This document shows, piece by piece, positions 26,501-38,672 of a stretch of 64,000 bases of DNA. The DNA is taken from positions 620,001 to 684,000 of the forward strand of contig JBHGNT010000003.1 in assembly GCA_043228905.1 (NCBI GenBank), given 5' to 3'. The translations under genes were made by a program, and so were the position numbers. The notes under the pieces were generated by a model. The model was not told where the DNA came from. It was given only the letters and a program-made list of their open reading frames with translations, and did not search any database. The stretch comes from Azolla caroliniana. Lineage: Eukaryota > Plantae > Polypodiophyta. Within the stretch, counting starts at the first letter, position 1; the number at the start of each line of letters is the position of its first letter.

Positions 26501-29500
26501 ATGGCGGGAGTGTGTCTCGGTAATGTTCACTGGAAGAATTCGAATCCATCGCTAGCTCAGCTCTTAAGTTCAATCCTTGGATCGTCGGGATATCGCCTCA
26601 GGTTCCTCTCCATTGATCCAGTTAAGAATTAAGTCTTACCTCTTTGATATTAGTCATCTATGCACAGAAAGAATGTACAATCTTCTCTCAAATGCTTGTA
26701 TTCTTACCATTTTTGCACAAGAGAGTGTATGAGCTTCTTTTGAAAGTTTGTTTTCTTCCTAACGTTTCTGCGCAAAATGTGTACAGTATATTGTTTCTAA
26801 CATTTCTGCATAATAAGATTGTTAAATTCTTTAAAGTTGTTGTTTGCGCATACCATTTTTTTGCACAAATAAATATGTTATTCTTTCAAATCTTTGTTTT
26901 GTGAATATATATTCTTCTTCGAAAGAATCGTTTTGTTATTATTTCTGCACAAAAGAATATGTAATCTTCTTCCAATTACTACTATTATTATTATTATCAT
27001 TCTTGTTTTAAGCTATTATTTATTCACAAAAGAATGTATATCATTTCAAAACTTTGTTTATTAACCGGAAATAATGTGGAATTTGCATTTGGTACAATTT
27101 CTGTAAAACAAAAAGAATGTATAATATCCTTTAAGGTTGTTTTGACTTATACCAAAGTGTGTTTAACCTCCTGCAAGATGTTTGCTTTCTTACCATTTCT
27201 GCATAAAATCATAAATTTTATTCCCTTGCCACTATTTCTGCACGATAGTATGTATAACTTTCTCTAAAGGTCTTGTTTTCTATCATTGGTGCTCTAAAAT
27301 ATTCATAAACTTCTTTCAAAGGCTGTTTTGTTACCATTTCTGTGCAAAAGAATCTATAGTTCTTCCTTCAATGTTGTTTTTTTACTGTTTGTGCTTCAAA
27401 TAATGTATAATTTTCTTTCAAATGTTTGTTAAAAGAATGAGAATATTCTTTCACAGGCTTGTTTTGTTGTAATTTTTGAACCAACACACATATAGACTTC
27501 TTTAAACATTTCCTTTATTGCTATTTCCACATGAAGAAAATATAAACTTCATCTGAAGCATATTTAGTGCCCATATCTGTACAAAAAAATGAATACAATT
27601 CTTTGACAGGCTTGTTTTGTTATCATTTATCCACAGAAAAACGAGTAATCTTCTTTCAATTACCATTTCTGTACAAATTTCTTTCTATGTATTTAGGACT
27701 TCATTTTCAACAGCATGGGAGTGTCTGTGGCCTTTGTTCTGATGACAGAATGGAACGAAGACACCATAGCTGCTGCTTTTGACAGGTTTTATATACACAC
27801 GCACACACACACAATTTTGCATGCATGCATACATTCAATTATGTGTGCATGTCATGCATACATACACACATGCATCCATGTGCTTCCATGCATTCATATA
27901 TGCATACAAAGATACATTATGAACTTCGATAAGAATGTAAAGATGATCCCTGTTGCATCAGAATTGGAAAGCTCAGAAAGATTTTCCGGAATTGCTATGT
28001 CATATTCACTGTTACGTCTCATGAGGCCAATCGATGTTTCCTGGATGCATATTTCAGGTAATAATCCTCACATAAAATGACATAGATTTGCAAATAAACT
28101 AGATCCTCTTTTTGACTTTTTTGGTTCCAAACATAGATACTCAAGTAATAAGATCCATGTCGTTCTGATTTGAAATGTAAACTCACCTGGATAGCTGTTT
28201 TTGCTAGATTATTTTAGAGTATCTTGTTGGTACTGAATCATGATCTATTTATATATTTATTTTATTATTCCTTTTGGTCAAAATATTTAGATTGATTCAA
28301 TTGTGTTTGAATCAAAATATGTTTATAACATTTCAGTATTGAAATTATGTATCGTGGTCATTTAGCCTGATCATAAGTGGATCTGTTCATATTTCATAAA
28401 CTCCTACTGGAGAATCCAGTTGATTGTTTTATTTGAAAAATTCATCTTATCATTTTCTATATAGGAGCAACACAGTTGCTATTTCGAGACCACCTTTTGT
28501 TCCTGTAGCTGATGGGCCCATGGCCCTTGAAAGGATGCTAAATCTTGCATACATGCATGCAGGTAGTTAATGTCATAAACACATATTTTTCTCTTTTTCT
28601 TTGGAGTGTTGATGATTGCAAGTTGAGAAAGATACATCTATTGGCTGTAAACAATATGGTTAGTAAAACTTTACATATACTAAGTCGATATTCCTCATAG
28701 TTAATCTTATATTAATTCATCATCTAGATTGTAAAATGGCTTCTCATACCTACAGTTCTCCGTAAGTGTGTACCTTCGGGTGAATAGTGTGCTTTATTCC
28801 TTTATTCCCAGTTACATAAAACACTATATGAATAATGTTGTAGCATGATCTTGGTGAAATTGTGTTATTTAAAAATAAACATGGATACTCTTCATAATTT
28901 AACTGATTCAACCATTTAACCAGCTTACATATATCATAAACAATCAATTGAAAAAAAGCAGTATCTTCAAATTAGATTGTTTTTGAAAGCCAATTGTTTC
29001 TTTTTTCAGAATGTAAACGACAAGGAATGGTTAAAGAATTTGATCGAGAGGTATGCCAGATTATTGTATGGATAATTGATGTTCTCTTTCTATTGATTTT
29101 TATCTTGCTTAATGTTGTCTGATAATATTCAAATATAGAACAGACAAACAGCTTTGAAAACGAAAGGTGAACATAATCAGGCAATGATCTAACATCTTCA
29201 CCTGATCAGTAGGTTGTCAATAGAAAAGCATCGCTAGTAAGGTTGAACTGAATAAAAAATATTAATTGGTCTTGTAATGCAATGAAAGAGAGTATTGGAA
29301 TGCCATGTCTGCACATTACATCCCTTCGATATATTTCTGTATGATTAGTTTTTGTTTAATTAACATAATATGCTTTGCTGGAATATAAGGATTAATTATC
29401 TTATTTTAATCTTTTTAGGGTAATTATTTTGTCTATATTTCCATGGTAGGCTGTGGTAAACAACACTTTTATGTTGTATTTGGTTCCTAGCACTCTCAAT

Positions 29501-30538
29501 GTTAATTGCTTTTTAGTCAGTCTCATATTAAAGTCAAATTCTAGTAGTCATTCATATCTTCGACCCTTCAGCTGTGATAAAAATGGTTTGTTGGTCTTCA
29601 TTTTTATCATTAGATATAAGATCTGTGGTTAGTGATAACCTATTGTTTGTCAATGTTGTTGCACTGTTGTCCGATGTCTGTTCCCCTTTCTTTGTTTTTA
29701 TGTGTGCATGTGTTCATATACACAATCGCACACATGTACATCGATGTTGTATATATTTGTATGTGTGCCTACATCTATGTGTGTTGCTAGAGAATGTCTA
29801 CTTAGTACACAAGTTTCATAGATGGGGCATGTTAATAACATTCAGTTTATGAAGGATCCTGTTGATTTCACCTAGAAGTGAAAGGACATCACTGCCAAAT
29901 CCTTTGATAAGTATTTGGTTACACTAGAAGTATAGAACTTTCCTCTGCAGTCACTTTCTTAGTGAAACTAGGAATTTCCATTTTCCTTATTATTTTTCTA
30001 TTTTAATCTCTCTTTTTCTATTTTAATATCTCTCTTAGAAGACGTTAATATATCTTTCTTTCTTTCTTTCTCTTACTCTACCATTTACTTTTTTCTATTT
30101 TGTCTACCATGGAATGATTTCTATCAATTAGCGAATTGTTTCTTTCTTCAATTTATGTGACTTCCATCCCCTATTAATCTCTCTTATATTTTGTTTCACA
30201 TTTGTTTGTTTTCATTTGTTTCAGAGAGAAGAATTAGTATGTTCTTCAGAGGCATTTATTGCAGCAATATCTTCTATAAGGGGCATCAGTCCTCATGAAG
30301 CATATACGGTAAAGATTTGTTTGTAATTTTTCTTTCTTTTGTGGAGGATGTTTTGATGAAATGCTTCCATACCTATCCTGTACAGCTATTACAAGGCATT
30401 GGTTCTATAGAAGAGATTTCTAAAGCTAGCAAGGAAGATATACTTGAATGCACCGATTTATCTGCTGAGAAAGCTGATGCAATAGTAAGATTCTTCAATG
30501 ATCCTGATCATTACATGACACCTCTCCCTAACCCTTGA
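26501..30538 (+). CDS. PTD: PARTING DANCERS, ERCC1-like meiotic crossover protein (7 exons, 226 aa)
   Basis: Exons 26501-26620, 27697-27785, 27962-28057, 28465-28562, 29010-29050, 30225-30308, 30386-30538 (681 nt, in frame, GT-AG). Translation MAGVCLGNVHW...YRLRFLSIDP-DFIFNSMGVSVAFV...LLQGIGSIEEISKASKEDILECTDLSAEKADAIVRFFNDP is colinear with Arabidopsis PTD as recalled. Confidence 0.93.
26650..27690 (+). repeat. Degenerate ~55-60-bp minisatellite filling PTD intron 1
   Basis: Consensus ~CTTCTTTCAAA..TTGTTTTGTTACCATTTCTGCACAAAAGAATGTATAA recurs roughly 15-18 times. Confidence 0.75.
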
Positions 30539-31177
30539 CATGCTATGCATTTTCGTTTTTGTATAAATGTATATAAATCCTCGTTGAGCATTTTTCTGAA
30601 AACGTGAATCAAGGAAACACTATGTAAATAATAGTCTATGTATGGAGAAAGTGACTTACTTGGGCACAAAGGTTTTTGCGCAAGATGAAAATTCCAAGCA
30701 AAACAAGTGGTGAAAGCAATGACGTCTTTAAAAAAACTACATAAGATCTTCTAGATGATCTTTAAAATAAGACTTCTCTTTCTTTTGAGTGATCTCAATC
30801 AGTGCATTTCAGATGCCTAGATGCTCATCCACAGATGGCTAGACATGATGAAAAACACAAGATGAGCATCTCCACACCCTGTGCATCCCCAAATGGCACA
30901 TACCATTATGCAAAAGGTAAAGAAAAATCAGAATTTCATTGTTATAAATAAATTAACAGAAAGGGTTACAACAAAATCATTCTTATCACGATGAGAACTA
31001 GGCATGAGGCAAATCAGCTCAAAGTTGGTAATACTAACTGAAACCAGAAAGAAATGGAAATTTTGGAAGCCAATACCATATATTCTGTGGGGCAATTCTC
31101 ACAAGAAACTTCCTCTTCATAACTTCCAAGCATACTATGGCGATTTGAAATTCCTCTAATGTAACTTGCATTCTTTA

Positions 31178-32260
31178 CTAGAGAAAAGTTCTCAAATCGG
31201 GATCAAATGAATACCAGCTGAAACCTCCACTCTTCTTAGCCGAAAGGAAAGGGCATTCTGGAAGCCAATGCCATGTCCCCCTAGAAATCTTATATAGAAG
31301 CACCTCCGGTGAGGTTGAACAGAACAAGCAAATGTAATCGTCATGGCTGATACAACAAATGTGCTTGTAAGTGTGATAACACATGGACAAGAATTTCTTG
31401 CACATGGTGTCAGGCATGCGAAGGACCTCTATCCATTCCATGCTTCTTTTATGAAGCTTCCAAATGCTAAGGCTCTTAACGATGCCATGGACACCAAGGC
31501 CGGCAATGAGGAAAACAAAGCGCCCATTTGCAGCTACACTGGCATATGTGAGGCGTTGACCAGGACATGTTGGGGCAGGGATGTCCAACCAAATGTCTGT
31601 GCTGACATCATAAGCTAAAATGAGGATTGGCTCTGATGTTGTAAAATAGAAGGTGCCATCACAATATGGTGCTTCAGATTTTAGCTCGGTCTTGAAAGGA
31701 AGATTTGCCGCCTTTTTCCACCTATCAGTAATGGAATCGTACAAAATGGTATCAGTGCTAAAGCTATCATTTTCGCTGCCTGTGACGAGTATTTTAAATG
31801 ATTTTGAGGAAGGTTCATAGACCATGGAAATGGGTGATTTCCTCGGGTGCTTGTAATACAACATTTTCCACATCTTAGTGATAGGATTACAGATCATCAA
31901 GCTTCCAGAGATGGCATATCTAAAGCAAATAAGACCATGAGAGACTGATACCACTTCTAATACATATTGATTTGTTCGTAGAAATGATAAGGAGAGAGTT
32001 CCCCACTTATTTAGAAGAACATCATATACTCTGCAACAGCTTTTGTCTTGTTGTTTGAACATCAAAAGCCATGGCTGTTTCCCAAATCTTCTCAAGCTTT
32101 GTCGGCTATGGTGATTATCGAGAAAAGATGGAGAATCGATGAGTTTCTTCCATTTTCTGCAGATAGATCTAAAGAGAAGCAAGGTTTGGGTGGGAAGATA
32201 TGGTAGAATTGACACCTCTAGTATGTGGTCTGGGAGCTTTTTCCATATATTAGGATTCAT
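31178..32260 (-). CDS. F-box/kelch-type (beta-propeller) protein, At5g43190-like, intronless (360 aa)
   Basis: F-box IWKKLPDHILEVSILPYLP...FRSICRKWKKLI, followed by PWLLMF, SHGLICF and ICNPITK. C-terminal MCKKFLSMCYH...WHWLPECP is typical of this subfamily. First ATG is at 32260; the ORF track start at 32356 is a GTG. Confidence 0.88.
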   Translation of the reverse strand: MNPNIWKKLPDHILEVSILPYLPTQTLLLFRSICRKWKKLIDSPSFLDNHHSRQSLRRFGKQPWLLMFKQQDKSCCRVYDVLLNKWGTLSLSFLRTNQYVLEVVSVSHGLICFRYAISGSLMICNPITKMWKMLYYKHPRKSPISMVYEPSSKSFKILVTGSENDSFSTDTILYDSITDRWKKAANLPFKTELKSEAPYCDGTFYFTTSEPILILAYDVSTDIWLDIPAPTCPGQRLTYASVAANGRFVFLIAGLGVHGIVKSLSIWKLHKRSMEWIEVLRMPDTMCKKFLSMCYHTYKHICCISHDDYICLFCSTSPEVLLYKISRGTWHWLPECPFLSAKKSGGFSWYSFDPDLRTFL

Positions 32261-34854
32261 GCTCAGAGAAACCTTAATAAGGTCTGATCTATTGTTGGAT
32301 ATTCTATCGCCCGATAAGAGATTTAGATTGGTCTTTTTCGCAAGATTCTTAAGCACTGAGACCCAGATACAGTCTGCTGGAGAGGAGGAAGAAGAAGAAA
32401 TCGATAGAATTCACGTCTTTTTCTTCTTCTTGTATGTATAGTTGGGCGACTTAGAAGTACGATATTTTTGGAGTATTTGGTAAATCAGAATCGATCCAAT
32501 CTCTTTATGATTGTCGCAAATTTCCGGAAATTCCTCGGAAGATATTTCAGCCTTATTTTATAGGAAGTGCTGAAAAAATAAATAAAAACGTTTTGGTTTA
32601 ATGCAAACTTGACCCTTTATTCGTTTTATCAAATTGAAGAAAGGCCCATGAATGGACCTCATGCCAGAGAAACCATAAGGGATAATGTTTTGTGGCATTT
32701 GGCCGCACAGTTTAGCCATAGCCTCTTGTACTTAGGAATCCATAGCCAAACATGTATTATGCCCTACATGCATAATCCAACCTAGCTATGCAAATTTGCT
32801 TGCTTACTACATTCTTGTGAAAGAGATAGTTGCAAAGTTTTAGTGTTCATTGGTGCTTAGGGGTTGCTTTCCTCTTTCTTGATTGCTTTGGCATCCATGT
32901 TTAAGAAGTGAGTGTTGTAGCCCTTCTGCCCAATAGAAGACATCTTCTTGCCCGCTGTCTCTAAATTGGCCATAAGGTTACTACTAGCCCTATCGTCAAG
33001 GTCTTCCCATTCACATTACGAGCCTCAAATCCACTTGTTTGTGCTTTTGCAACATGGAACTACCAATGTTACATGTCAATTGTGACTTAGTTCATCCACG
33101 TAAATATTCTTCTAAGACAAATGTTGGCTGTGTTGACAAATCATATCTATCTACCTACCTATAGATAATATGAACAATATTTTTTGAAAGATCCCATGAG
33201 CATATATAAGATTGGGTTGAAAGATGGTTATGGCGCTACATGGTCTTATTGGATTTGCATAAAGAATGATTCCCAAAGCAAAAAAAATAACACGAGCATC
33301 AAGAGTTGAAACGTGTGCCAATGTGGATTGTTTTTTTATTTTCTAGATAACTTGTACGTGGGCCTAACATCTTAGTGGTAAACAAAGTGAACTTCCAAAT
33401 GATATTTGTATCATGCCAAGGCTTGGGGTTAAAGGAATTGTACTTCAAATCAATTGCACCATCCCCTCATATAAATAAGCCTTGCATGTAATATCTTCAA
33501 ATATTGCATTGGAACACACTATTGGGCATCTTCAAAGTCAACTTCAAGGTTTATTGATATCTACTCAATTTCAAAGTTGCCTTTAGTGGTCTTTTAGGGT
33601 GTACATGATGAAAGCATAAATAGTTTTGATGTAAAATGGGATCAACTTTTTACAGCCAAGCAGTTGAGTTTTGTTTCCATGATAGCAAGGTTTCAACTTG
33701 TGTTTGCGATCTTTTAAGAGTGAGTGTTTCTTCTCTCCATGACCCATGCATCATTTATCAATGTACTTCATGTTGAACTAGCACATACATTTGAGAAAAG
33801 GTTAACAAATTGACCATATAAATGCGCAAATACCACATGTACTTGCTGTACAGGTGCTTGTTAAAATATTATATTATCGTATTGAGGGGCATAAATATAT
33901 AAGATTCAGGTAGTTTGAATTGGTGTAGCATAAAGAAAACTTGGGAGCATTAATGTTTTTGTTTGTTTGGTAGGGGTATTTTGGCAATTTGTAAAACAAT
34001 AGAGGTATTTTCGTATTTTGTTAATACATTCGGGTTCTATGGTGCTTTTCTAAAGAAAAAAATAACTAGAAAAAATCTCAATCTGTCCTAAGGAGAACCT
34101 AGAAAAAGATTGGGTTTCACGTATTTCTCTCCAAATAACTAAATTTAAGAAAAAACATTGCTCTGAGTGAGACCTTAGGTATTCATGCATAATCAATTAA
34201 TTATTAATAGCAAAACCTACTTTTTTCGTATTCATTGAAACACCAACATTTTTTAATTAATCGACTAAGATATGGTATGATTAGGAGAATGCATGGTTGA
34301 CAAGGAAAGGTATATATGGTCATGGGTGTATCGTGCATGTGTCGAAGGTGTCTTATGCATGGGTCGTGCATGTAGGTGATGAACGGATGCACCATGGCTA
34401 GGAAGATGAACACGTTTAAAAGTTTTCCAACTGAGCTTTTGATTTAAAATCATGATATTAATGTTTTACCTAGAAAAGGTAAATCACTGTCGTGCCATGA
34501 TTTATTGTATGATTAATTGTATCAACTATTTCATCTTGATATGAGGACACCAACTAATACGATGGTCATTGGCACATAAGAATGCTCTAGCACTCAAGCT
34601 CTTTTTGCAATTAGTTTCATAGGTCTTAGTTGAGACTCGAGAGTATCATTATGAATACAAATCCTTGGATGTCGTTATTGCTCACACATATGATGTTGGT
34701 TAAGAAGTTGGTGTGTTTAATTTTAGTAACACGTTTAGTAGTATAAGAAACATGAAAATGAATTAATAGCATAACGAACACAAAAATAAATTAATAACCT
34801 AACAAAGCACGAAATGAGTAAGGGCCTACCAAGGTAAATTATCAAAATTTAAAA

Positions 34855-35190
34855 TATCATTGTTTAAATGCTTAATGGCACCATAAAGCAAATAAAGCAT
34901 GTTTCCAATAAATATATGTATTCAAACCATTAAGTTTTTGTGGACAAGCATTCATTCATCATCTAAGATAATAACTTCAAAATGGCCAAGAACCTAGTAT
35001 TCAAATAGCTTCAATGCTTGGATATGAATTATCATGGTTTAAATGCTTAATGGGCACCATAAAGCAAATAAGGCATGTTTCCAATAAATAAATGTATTCA
35101 AACCATTAAGTTTTTATGGACAAGTCTTCATTCATCATCTAAAATAATAACTCCAAGTGGCCAAGAACCTAGTATTCAAATAACTTCAAT
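34855..35190. repeat. ~175-bp tandem duplication downstream of the hAT ORF
   Basis: GTTTAAATGCTTAATGG..CACCATAAAGCAAATAA...GGCCAAGAACCTAGTATTCAAATA occurs twice with scattered mismatches. Confidence 0.9.
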
Positions 35191-35541
35191 ACAAGTGCTT
35201 TGTGGTTTAGCAAATTCGAATATATCTAAATAGAAAGTCATATGGTTGTTCTTGATAATATTAACAATGCTCCATTACAAACATAGATTGACACATGCAT
35301 GATATTTGACATGTTGATATTAACAATATTTGAGAATAAATTATTAGAAATGGATTCCAAGAATATTATAAAACCATTCATTTTGAAAAATAAATTTACA
35401 TAATAAAAGTTAATTAATTCACTAGAATAATCACTCATTATAGAAATACGAAAGGGCTTCAAAATCACACCAACATAAGAAAAGTTTTAATTAAAGAGTT
35501 GTAACTTGTAACTTCTAAGTAACACTTCTAAATTGAAGAGT

Positions 35542-37593
35542 CTATGCACTATCATATTCATCATCCATATCTTCAAGCTCATGAAAAATATCCTCATGAA
35601 CATCATTTTCATCAATAGCTTGGTTTTGCAATCTCAAAAGCCTCTCATCATCATCTTCTTTGTTGATCATATCTAATGTTACTTCAATGAGGCATAATCC
35701 CCTTTCCCTTATTTGTCTAAGGAGACAATGATTTGTATGTATATAAACCAATTTCTCAACATGAGCATCGGTCAATCTACTTCTTTTTGTATGTATCAAT
35801 GAGAATGTGCTCCAATTTCTTCCACTAGAAGATGCACATGAACCTTGAGAAAGCACACGAATTGCAAGTCTTTTTAAGTTTGGAGTGCATGCTCCAAATG
35901 TTTCCCACCACTTAATTGCATTGTGCATTCTAGTTGGATCGTTTGCCATAGGAACTTGAAATGTACTCTTTTCTTGAGTTCTATAAGCATAGAATTCATC
36001 CAATAAAACACCACATAGATGTACATCACCATTAGTATAACGTGTAATAGTTTCCATCCAACTTGTATTGGCCTTGTCATCAATATCTTGAATTTTTTCT
36101 CTCCAAATTGGATGCAACATAAAGCCGGTTACATGCAATGGTGACTGTAGCATTGTCCATCTTTGCATACATATTCCTCTAATTTCATCAAGCATTATAT
36201 GATCTACATCTTCAATGTGGTTTATTTCTTCTATCATACGTTGAGTACATTCATAAATTAAACCCATGGTTGCACCTTCTCTTTCTGCCAATCTTAGAAC
36301 TTTTAGGATTGGCTTGCATATATTTACGATCTTCTTTATATTTGCCCAAAAAGAAGCATCCAATATAATTGAAACTATTTCTTCTCCTTCTTGTGTTTTC
36401 GATCCTTTCCATTGACACCATTGGTCACTAACCACCATTCTTCTTAATCCACCTTTGACTCTATCATCCAATAAGTTTGAAAGCATGATAAAACTATAGG
36501 CAAACCTAGTAGTGGAAGGCTTTAACAGTTCTTTCTCACTAAACTTACGGAACATTGCCAAAGAATATTGTTTTCGTGTTATAAACATGATTATCTTTGT
36601 AGCTAATTTCAAAACATCATGAACCCAAGCACATTTTCCTATATCCTCAAACAACAAATCAAGGCAATGACATGTGCATCTAGTGAAAAAGATCATGGGC
36701 CACTCTCTCTCTATCATCCTCCCAGCTGCCACACAATTTGTAGAATTGTCCATACAAACTTGCACAACATTTGGTGGGCCAATATCAAGAATAACATCCT
36801 TTAAAATTTTAAAGATATACTCTTCTGATTTACATTCTCCACTGGTGTCAACTGATTTCAGAAACACAGTGCCATATGCAGAAGTAGCCATGACATTAAT
36901 TATAGGTCTATTGTTGGTATCTGACCAACCATCACTGACAATAGTACATCCGACAGTTTTCCATTTTTCTCTAATTTGCATAATCTCATTTTCAACATCT
37001 TTCACCTCTTCATTCAAGTTCCTTCTATGTAATTGATTAGGAGATGGTGGCTTATAAGAAGGCCCAGCAAGTGCTACTGCTTTTATTAGGTCATGAAAAT
37101 ATGCACTTCCCACTTTTACATACGGTACATCCTCTACAAAAAAAAACCTCCTGATAGCTTCATCTGCATTTTTATCCAGTTGCTTTTGACATGACACTTT
37201 CAAGGGTTTGGCATTGTCTACTTTCATCTTTTTACTTGTTGATGCATTAACAAAAGATGAAGGCATTTCAATGATAGATGTTGACTCCACATTCACATCA
37301 ACATTTGCACTACTATTTTCAGCATTGCATTCCATTGATGATTTCACATTCACGTCAACATTTGCACAACTAATAGCAGATACCATTTTTTGTACTTCAG
37401 CTTTTATGACAGAATCAATTCGACGGCATTTGTCAACACCTGAACCTTTCAAGCCCAATAGGTGAGCTCTAATTCGAAAGGGGCCACCAACAAATACATG
37501 GTGGCAATGTTTACATTGAACGACAGGCATACCCTTATAAGGTTTTCTCACAATGGTCACATGATCCCATTCAAAGCCCTTTTGCTTCACCAT
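35542..37593 (-). CDS. hAT-family transposase-derived protein (BED finger, DUF659, hAT dimerisation domain), intact 683-aa ORF
   Basis: BED finger W..V...CKHC...HL...C. Core motifs CTIVSDGWSD, VVQVCMDN, CTCHCLDL, TRF. Dimerisation domain WWETFG...L..LAIRVLSQ...RNWSTF..IHTKR.RL...LVY. Candidate 5'UTR intron (donor GTAAGT at 38460, acceptor at 37610). Confidence 0.9.
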   Translation of the reverse strand: MVKQKGFEWDHVTIVRKPYKGMPVVQCKHCHHVFVGGPFRIRAHLLGLKGSGVDKCRRIDSVIKAEVQKMVSAISCANVDVNVKSSMECNAENSSANVDVNVESTSIIEMPSSFVNASTSKKMKVDNAKPLKVSCQKQLDKNADEAIRRFFFVEDVPYVKVGSAYFHDLIKAVALAGPSYKPPSPNQLHRRNLNEEVKDVENEIMQIREKWKTVGCTIVSDGWSDTNNRPIINVMATSAYGTVFLKSVDTSGECKSEEYIFKILKDVILDIGPPNVVQVCMDNSTNCVAAGRMIEREWPMIFFTRCTCHCLDLLFEDIGKCAWVHDVLKLATKIIMFITRKQYSLAMFRKFSEKELLKPSTTRFAYSFIMLSNLLDDRVKGGLRRMVVSDQWCQWKGSKTQEGEEIVSIILDASFWANIKKIVNICKPILKVLRLAEREGATMGLIYECTQRMIEEINHIEDVDHIMLDEIRGICMQRWTMLQSPLHVTGFMLHPIWREKIQDIDDKANTSWMETITRYTNGDVHLCGVLLDEFYAYRTQEKSTFQVPMANDPTRMHNAIKWWETFGACTPNLKRLAIRVLSQGSCASSSGRNWSTFSLIHTKRSRLTDAHVEKLVYIHTNHCLLRQIRERGLCLIEVTLDMINKEDDDERLLRLQNQAIDENDVHEDIFHELEDMDDEYDSA

Positions 37594-38589
37594 TTCAGTA
37601 AATTAACCTCTGTAAGTGTCAATAATCAGCAGAAATTTCACCCTGTTAATAAAATGATTACCTTCAGATGATCCTGGAAGAGATTAATTTGATACATAAA
37701 AAAAATAAAATTCAACATGAGATTCAAGGAAATGTCATCTCAATCACCAAACTTTACTAAGAAATGTTATACAATTGATTCTGTTGCACCACTCACATTT
37801 CTAGCTCCTTTACATAAAGTATACACAAATTTACATTTCCAATAGCATCCTCCAAATAATTACAGTTACTCTAGATTTACACTTACATTCCAAAAGATTA
37901 TCACGGTAAATATCTCTCCAGTCACACTCATAATGTCACTTATAACTAGATAAGATATATATCTATGCATTTGAATAAGAGAAACACAAATGGAATGGAC
38001 ACAGGAGTTTTCCAGGACTCTTCAGAAGCTCCAAAGAAACGATTCACATAATTGCATGACAATAATAATAATTTATCCTCTTACTAGTAGATTCTCTTCT
38101 ATTGATTAGCTATCTAAGTGTAAGACAAAGCATGCCAAGGGCATGAGATGCAAGTCAGATACATCCCAGTTTCAGACACCTACAGAATCTATTATCCAAC
38201 CTGAAACAAGATAGTCTTCAGTTGGGATGTGGAATTTAATGGTTAATAATCAGCAGAAGGGTGAAATGGTTAATAATAGCGAGGTAAAATTGTAAGTGTC
38301 AATAATCAGCAGAAACCTCTGTTTAGCTCTCTTGAGCTCCTTCTAGGAAACTAAAAGACAACAGTTAATGAAGATAAAAACTAACAACAATGTACAACAA
38401 CAATTTCCGAATAGAAGATTGGATACAGAAGAAATAGATGAGATGAGAAGAAAGACTTACTGATTTCAAAGTGGCATGAATTTCAGCCAAACCCTAATTT
38501 TCAGGGAACAAGATGCAGGAGGAGGCGAGGATGTAGGCGTCACGCACAGCTGTTCCCTGTTCCCTGCTCGCTGCTCTCCAAATGAATAA

Positions 38590-38672
38590 TTTTAAAAACG
38601 AAAACGTTTTCATGCATTCGTATGCGTATGAATTCGTTGGATCCACGAATGCGAGTATGTCATGGAAACATA
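38590..38672 (-). mobile_element. Putative hAT terminal/subterminal sequence upstream of the transposase ORF
   Basis: Minus strand begins TATGTTTCCATGACATACTCGCATTCG...ATACGCATACGAATGCATGAAAA. It is a CpG-rich island in AT-rich DNA. No matching opposite end or TSD was found. Confidence 0.5.

Noticed and set aside
33670-33685. TGTTTCCATGA as the missing left TIR of the hAT element
   Set aside because: Only an 11-nt match, no subterminal motifs and no 8-bp TSD with the 38673 flank.
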